This document shows, piece by piece, positions 59,140-64,000 of a stretch of 64,000 bases of DNA (its first letter is position 1; the number at the start of each line of letters is the position of its first letter). Made by a program: the position numbers and the translations under genes. The notes beneath the pieces were generated by a model, which saw only the letters and a list, made by a program, of their open reading frames with translations, was not told where the DNA came from and did no database searches. Source of the stretch: an uncultured Acidobacteriota bacterium (GTDB taxonomy: Bacteria > Acidobacteriota > Thermoanaerobaculia > Multivoradales > SZUA-115); assembly GCA_963805975.1 (NCBI GenBank), contig CAWDVR010000001.1, positions 928,001 through 992,000 on the forward strand. Direction: 5' to 3'.

Positions 59140-61047
59140 CTACCGGGGCGCCGTCCCGGCAGGGCTCTCCGCAAAGGCGAAGAGATGGTGGCGTCCGCGG
59201 ACGAAGAGGGTGTCGCCGACGATCGCCGGCGTGGCGAGGCAGGGCTCACCCACCGGGTTGGCGGCGAGCAGCTGATACTCGGCACCGGCCTTGATCACCA
59301 GCGTCTCACCGTCCTCGCCGGCCAGGTACAGCCGGCCGTCGGCGGCCACCGGCGAAGCGGTGAACCGCTTGCCGGCGCCGAGCCGCTGGCGGTAGACCAG
59401 CTCGCCGTTCGACGCCAGGTGGGCGGAGAGGATGCCGTCGTCCGAGACCACGTAGAGCAGATCGCCGTAGAGCAGCGGCGTGGTGTAGTAGGGCCCGCCC
59501 GTCTTCAGGCTCCAGGCGAGGTGTGGAGCGGAGTTTTCGCCCTCTTTCGGTGAGAGGTCGCCGCGGCCCCCGGGCCGGATGGCGTAGATCGGCTTCAGGG
59601 GCCGATAGCCGTTGCCGACCACGATCAGGTCGGCGCTCCCGACGGGGGTCGAGGCTGCGACGAAGGAGTTGCCGGTGGTGAGCGACCACAGCTCGGCTCC
59701 GGTCGACGGGTCGTAGCCGCGGATCTTGTGGATGCCGTTGGTGACCAGCTCGGCGCGGGCGCCCTCGCCGAGGACGGTGGGTGTGCCCCAGGTGGGGAGC
59801 TCGTCGCGGTCGGTGCGCCACACCCGCTTGCCGTCGGCGAGCGAGAAGGCGGCGAGGTGCGAGCCCTTCTGCAAGTCCGCCTGCACGATCACCAGGCCGT
59901 TCCAGAGGATCGGCGAGCTGGCGGTGCCCCACTGGAAACCGGGGTCGTAGAAGAAGCCGGCGTCCATCGGGCCCAGCTCACGGCGCCAGAGGAGCGAGCC
60001 GTCCATCGAGTAGGCGAAGAGGCCTTGGTCGCCGAAGAGCACCACCACGGACTTGCCGTCGGTCGCCGGCGTGGCGCTCGCGAAGCTGTTCTTGGGGTGG
60101 CGGCGGCTCCGCGGCAGGCCCTCGGCCGCCACCCGCTCCCAGAGCACCGCGCCGGTCCTGGCATCCAGGCAGTAGAGCCGCCAGGAGTGCGGCACCGCCT
60201 CCGCCAGCGAGTCCATGGGGCTGCCGGTGTCGCGCACCGGCGCCGGCTCGCCTTCCTTGACCGCGGTGGTGACGAACACGCGGTCGCCCGCCACCACCGG
60301 GCTCGAGTGGCCGAGGCCGGGAATCGCCGTCTTCCAACGCAGGCCGGTGCCCGCCGCGGCGTCCCAGCGCAAGGGGGGCCTGGCCCCTTCCGCGACTCCC
60401 GAGGCGGAGGGGCCGCGGAACTGCGGCCAGGTGGGGAGAGCGGGTGCCACGTCGCGCCGCGCGACGAGGAGGGGGAGGAGATCCTTCCTGCCCATCCGCG
60501 TCGCGAAACCGCTCGCCAGCTCGAGGGTGGCGGCCGAGACCTTGGGCGAGGCGAGCAGCGTCTCGACACAGGGCCGGTCGCCGCGGATCACCGCCATGCT
60601 GAGCGGCGTGAAGCCCTGCGACAGCTCCTTTTCATTGGGGTCGGCACCGGCGGCGAGCAGCGCCGGCAGTGCGTCGCAGTGCCCGCCGAAGGTGGCCCAC
60701 AGGAGCGCGCCCCAGCCGTTGATCTGCTCGCGCGCGGTGACGTCGGCGCCGGCGGCGAGCAGAGCCTCGATCACCTCCCGATGCCCGTACTGCGCGGCGA
60801 AGAGCAGCGCCGTGCCGCCGACTCGGAAGGGCGCATCGACCTTCGCGCCGTCGGCGAGCGCCCGTTTCACCGCCGCCACGTCACCGCTCCTCGCCGCGTC
60901 CCACAGGCGCTCCGTGGGGTCGGTCGCTGCCGCCGTCTCCGCCGCCGTCTCTGCCGGAGAGGCGAGGGCACCGTCCAGGGCCACGAAGGCGAGCAGCAGC
61001 GAGCCGAGAACACGGAGCCGGCCGCGCGTCGGGAGGCTGCTCGGCAT
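59140..61047 (-). CDS. Secreted ankyrin + PQQ-like beta-propeller fusion protein
   Basis: Ankyrin repeats (TALLFAA, TPLSMA) followed by WPQFRGP, GHSSP, ASSP, TASPV, ATPAI. Confidence 0.85.
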   Translation of the reverse strand: MPSSLPTRGRLRVLGSLLLAFVALDGALASPAETAAETAAATDPTERLWDAARSGDVAAVKRALADGAKVDAPFRVGGTALLFAAQYGHREVIEALLAAGADVTAREQINGWGALLWATFGGHCDALPALLAAGADPNEKELSQGFTPLSMAVIRGDRPCVETLLASPKVSAATLELASGFATRMGRKDLLPLLVARRDVAPALPTWPQFRGPSASGVAEGARPPLRWDAAAGTGLRWKTAIPGLGHSSPVVAGDRVFVTTAVKEGEPAPVRDTGSPMDSLAEAVPHSWRLYCLDARTGAVLWERVAAEGLPRSRRHPKNSFASATPATDGKSVVVLFGDQGLFAYSMDGSLLWRRELGPMDAGFFYDPGFQWGTASSPILWNGLVIVQADLQKGSHLAAFSLADGKRVWRTDRDELPTWGTPTVLGEGARAELVTNGIHKIRGYDPSTGAELWSLTTGNSFVAASTPVGSADLIVVGNGYRPLKPIYAIRPGGRGDLSPKEGENSAPHLAWSLKTGGPYYTTPLLYGDLLYVVSDDGILSAHLASNGELVYRQRLGAGKRFTASPVAADGRLYLAGEDGETLVIKAGAEYQLLAANPVGEPCLATPAIVGDTLFVRGRHHLFAFAESPAGTAPR

Positions 61048-61057
61048 CGCGTTCGGT

Positions 61058-62635
61058 TCAGCCGCCGGGCTCGGCCGAGGCCGCGCCCCGCTCCAGAGCG
61101 GCGGCGCCCGGTCGAGTGTACGTGGGAGAGAGCCCGCGCCAGCGCAGGCGGGCGATGGCGGCGAGCATGCGTAGCGCGGTCGCCGCCAGCTTCGGAAAGC
61201 TCGCCGAGTGCTTCGACTCGCCCCCCAGCCGGCGGTGGTAGGAGACCGGGATCTCGATCACCCGCCGGCCGGTGAGCAGCACGGCGAGCATCATCTCGGG
61301 AGAGAGCTCCGGCCCGGTGCCCCGGAGGTGGGGCGCGATGTCCGCCCAGGTCTCGCGCCACAGCGCGCGATAGGTGCAGCCGACGTCGGTGAAGCGCGGC
61401 TCGCGCGACCACCACAGGATCTCGGCCAGCTTGGCGACCGCGACGTTGGCCCAGCGCACCAGGCCTCGCATGTTGGTGCCGTGCTCGTTGAGCTCGCGGG
61501 TGGTGCGCGAGCCCACCACCATGTCCGCGTCCTTGAGGTACTCGAGCAGCTTGCCCAGATCCTTGGCACGGAAGGAGTGGTCCGCCTCGGTGAGCACCAG
61601 CACGTCGCCGCGGGCGGCGGAGAGGCCGAAGCGGATGGTGTCGCCGTAGCCGGTGAGGCGGACGGTCTCGACCCGCGCCCCGGCCGCGCGCGCCACCTCG
61701 GCAGTGGCGTCGCGGGAGCTGTTGTCCACCACCAGCACCTCGTCGGCGCGCGGCGCGAACTCCCGCACCACGGAGGCGATCGATGCCTCCTCGTTGTATG
61801 CCGGGATCACCACGCTCACCCGGGCGGCGGGGAAACGCGCCGAGCGCACCAGGTACTGAGCGTAGTCGTGGTCGTCGGCGGTGTTGACGTTGAGATAGCT
61901 GCCGGTGAGGCGGTAGGCGTGAACCCGGCCGCGGCTCGCGGCCAGACGGTCGATGGCGTCGGTCAGCTCTACGCGCCCGCTGCGCGGCGAGACGGGAGTC
62001 TGCTCGATGGCCTCGAACAGCCGCGGCGTGAACACGTAGGTGCCGCAGCCGAGGAGCCGGCCGACCCTCCCTTCCGGCTTCTCGACCAGCCGCACGATGC
62101 GGTCGCCCTCGAGCGCCACGCTGTAGTTGCAGCGGATCTGGGTCTCGTCCTCGCTCTCCATCACGCAGCACAGGGCGTCGAGGTCGCCGCTCAGGGGGTC
62201 CAGGCGGTGCAGCTCGGCGGCGAGGCCGGCGTGATTGGTGTCGAGATATACCTCGTCGCCGAGCACGGTGACGAACGGCTCGGCCAGACGGTCGCGAGCC
62301 AGCAGGATGCCGCGCGCCAGGCCGGCCTCGACGTCCCGGCAGGTCACGTAGTCGAGGTGGACGCCGAGGCGCCGCCCGTCCCCCAACACCTCCCGCACCT
62401 GCTCGCCGCGGAAGCCGACGATCACCGTGATGTCGGTGATACCGAGCGCGTCCCGCAGCAGCTCGACGTTTCTCTGCAGGAGCGGCTTGCCGCCCACTTC
62501 GAGCAGCACCTTGGGTATCCGCTCGAGCTTGGGGTAGGCGCGCACGCCGCGTCCCGCCGCCGGGATCAATCCCCGGCTCGGGGCTCTGGGCCGCGGTGGG
62601 CTTGCGCCGCGGTCGCTTGTCGGATCTCCGTTCAT
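61058..62635 (-). CDS. Sugar-phosphate nucleotidyltransferase fused to a GT2 (DPM-like) glycosyltransferase
   Basis: [23 protein letters not shown], then [24 protein letters not shown]. Confidence 0.85.
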   Translation of the reverse strand: MNGDPTSDRGASPPRPRAPSRGLIPAAGRGVRAYPKLERIPKVLLEVGGKPLLQRNVELLRDALGITDITVIVGFRGEQVREVLGDGRRLGVHLDYVTCRDVEAGLARGILLARDRLAEPFVTVLGDEVYLDTNHAGLAAELHRLDPLSGDLDALCCVMESEDETQIRCNYSVALEGDRIVRLVEKPEGRVGRLLGCGTYVFTPRLFEAIEQTPVSPRSGRVELTDAIDRLAASRGRVHAYRLTGSYLNVNTADDHDYAQYLVRSARFPAARVSVVIPAYNEEASIASVVREFAPRADEVLVVDNSSRDATAEVARAAGARVETVRLTGYGDTIRFGLSAARGDVLVLTEADHSFRAKDLGKLLEYLKDADMVVGSRTTRELNEHGTNMRGLVRWANVAVAKLAEILWWSREPRFTDVGCTYRALWRETWADIAPHLRGTGPELSPEMMLAVLLTGRRVIEIPVSYHRRLGGESKHSASFPKLAATALRMLAAIARLRWRGLSPTYTRPGAAALERGAASAEPGG

Positions 62636-62733
62636 TCGCGTCCGCACCCGGGGAAACTTACCACTCCATACGCAAGTGTGGCTCCCGGCAGGCATGCTGG
62701 CCGGGAGCCACGAAGATACCGAGTCGACCGTGC

Positions 62734-63525
62734 CTAGTTGGAGGCAACCACCGACGCCGCGTTCGGCGACAGGGGCAGGTGGCGGACGATCTCGCGGAAC
62801 TTGACGATGCCCGAGGTCAGGGTGCCGACCTCGCGACCGTTGGCGAGCATGCGGATCGGGTCGACGGTGACCGAGGCCTGGTGGCCGACCGGCGGAATGG
62901 TCGTCACTTCGGAGAACCACACAGCGTGGTCCTTGGTGGTCATCTCGAGGCCGAGGTCCTGCATCGAGACGTTGACCGCAACCGGAGCGCGGCAAATCGC
63001 GACCGGCTCCTCGCCACCAACCTCGCCCTCAGCCGCGGCGCCGTTCGAAGCGGCGAGAGCGGTGGTGGCGTGGCCGGGAATGGTGATGCGACCGACCTGG
63101 CCGACGGCCGGGCGGGTCGAGTCGAGGGTCACGTGAACGCGACCGAAGACCTTGCTGTTGCCGACGAGGTCCATCGCCACGAACTGCGTGTCGGTGACCG
63201 CGGTGGCCCACTTGTCGGTGGTCGGCTTGCCGTGGGTGACGGCGATCCAGCCGGTCAGCTCGACGGTGTCCTCGCCGATGCCGTCGATGGTGTAGCTCTC
63301 GTCGAGCTGCACGCGCATCACGTCGACGCCGGGCTTGGGAAGGGTGTAGGGCTGCGGCGGGATGGCTTCCAGGCTCGCGAGCTGCACCTGCGAGAGGGAG
63401 TTCATCTCGTTGACCAGCGCTGCGACGACGAGCTGGTCGGAGTTGCCGGCGCTGACGCCGACGGCGGCAATGCCCGCCACCAGCACGAGAGCGGCGGCGA
63501 TCAGCCAATGCTTACGAATGTTCAT
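62734..63525 (-). CDS. Secreted protein, DUF6073-like, copy 1
   Basis: AGGAGG RBS, signal peptide, GEDTVELTGW, FVAMDLVG.S.VFG, TIPPVG. Family name is from recollection. Confidence 0.65.
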   Translation of the reverse strand: MNIRKHWLIAAALVLVAGIAAVGVSAGNSDQLVVAALVNEMNSLSQVQLASLEAIPPQPYTLPKPGVDVMRVQLDESYTIDGIGEDTVELTGWIAVTHGKPTTDKWATAVTDTQFVAMDLVGNSKVFGRVHVTLDSTRPAVGQVGRITIPGHATTALAASNGAAAEGEVGGEEPVAICRAPVAVNVSMQDLGLEMTTKDHAVWFSEVTTIPPVGHQASVTVDPIRMLANGREVGTLTSGIVKFREIVRHLPLSPNAASVVASN

Positions 63526-63687
63526 GGTTCCTCCTAAGAAGACGTGGTTCTTTTTGGTAAGACCAATGCCTCTGACAGGAGAAGAGCCAATGCCGCGAGA
63601 TCTACTCGCTGATCTCCACTGTCCACACCACCCTCCTTTCCGACCACGACGGGGCGCGATCCGCTCGCGTCCCATGGGCCTCACTGC

Positions 63688-64000
63688 TTACTTGGAAGCA
63701 ACCACCGACGCCGCGTTCGGCGACAGGGGCAGGTGACGGACGATCTCGCGGAACTTGACGATGCCCGAGGTCAGGGTGCCGACCTCGCGACCGTTGGCGA
63801 GCATGCGGATCGGGTCGACGGTGACCGAGGCCTGGTGGCCGACCGGCGGAATGGTCGTCACTTCGGAGAACCACACCGCGTGGTCCTTGGTGGTCATCTC
63901 GAGGCCGAGGTCCTGCATCGAAACGTTGACCGCAACCGGAGCGCGGCAAACCGCGACCGGCTCGACGCCACCGATCTCGCCCTCAGCCGCGGCGCCGTTC
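63688..64000 (-). CDS. Near-identical tandem paralog (3-prime part), DUF6073-like, copy 2
   Basis: The last 76 aa are identical to copy 1 except the final residue. Runs off the right edge. Confidence 0.75.
   Translation of the reverse strand, partial: NGAAAEGEIGGVEPVAVCRAPVAVNVSMQDLGLEMTTKDHAVWFSEVTTIPPVGHQASVTVDPIRMLANGREVGTLTSGIVKFREIVRHLPLSPNAASVVASK

Noticed and set aside
63534-63626. 30-codon minus-strand ORF behind a strong GAAAGGAGG
   Set aside because: Codon usage (TTA, AGA, CGA, GTA, AAA) is unlike real genes here. It cannot be supported without ribosome profiling.

Overview
High-GC bacterial chromosomal window with about 51 genes. Gene families and motifs point to Acidobacteriota, most likely class Thermoanaerobaculia (inference from an ADOP-type permease, a recurrent C-terminal surface domain and TPR/XRE/DPxG cassette genes). 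Housekeeping genes include rimO-ribF-trxA, xth, srkA, purA, an adenosine deaminase and an M16 peptidase pair. A mevalonate/isoprenoid operon (prenyl synthase, fni, class I HMG-CoA reductase) runs off the left edge, and several large secreted proteins are present. The two most notable items are (1) a four-gene cassette at 32.5-36.3 kb combining a secreted precursor with four xDGPxxD(P/T)xG cores, a TPR-like protein, a tandem-XRE regulator and a divergent helical gene, which looks like an RRNPP/Rap-Phr-like peptide-signalling system in a diderm; and (2) a MamK-like actin apparently translationally coupled to a membrane-anchored peptidoglycan amidase, with no magnetosome genes in the window. Also seen: two intergenic hairpins sharing a UUCG-capped core, a TA/ART-like islet with a 7-bp duplication scar, near-identical tandem DUF6073-like genes, and three single-base frameshifts that may be assembly errors. 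No rRNA, tRNA or CRISPR array was seen. All family calls come from reading motifs, not from database searches.
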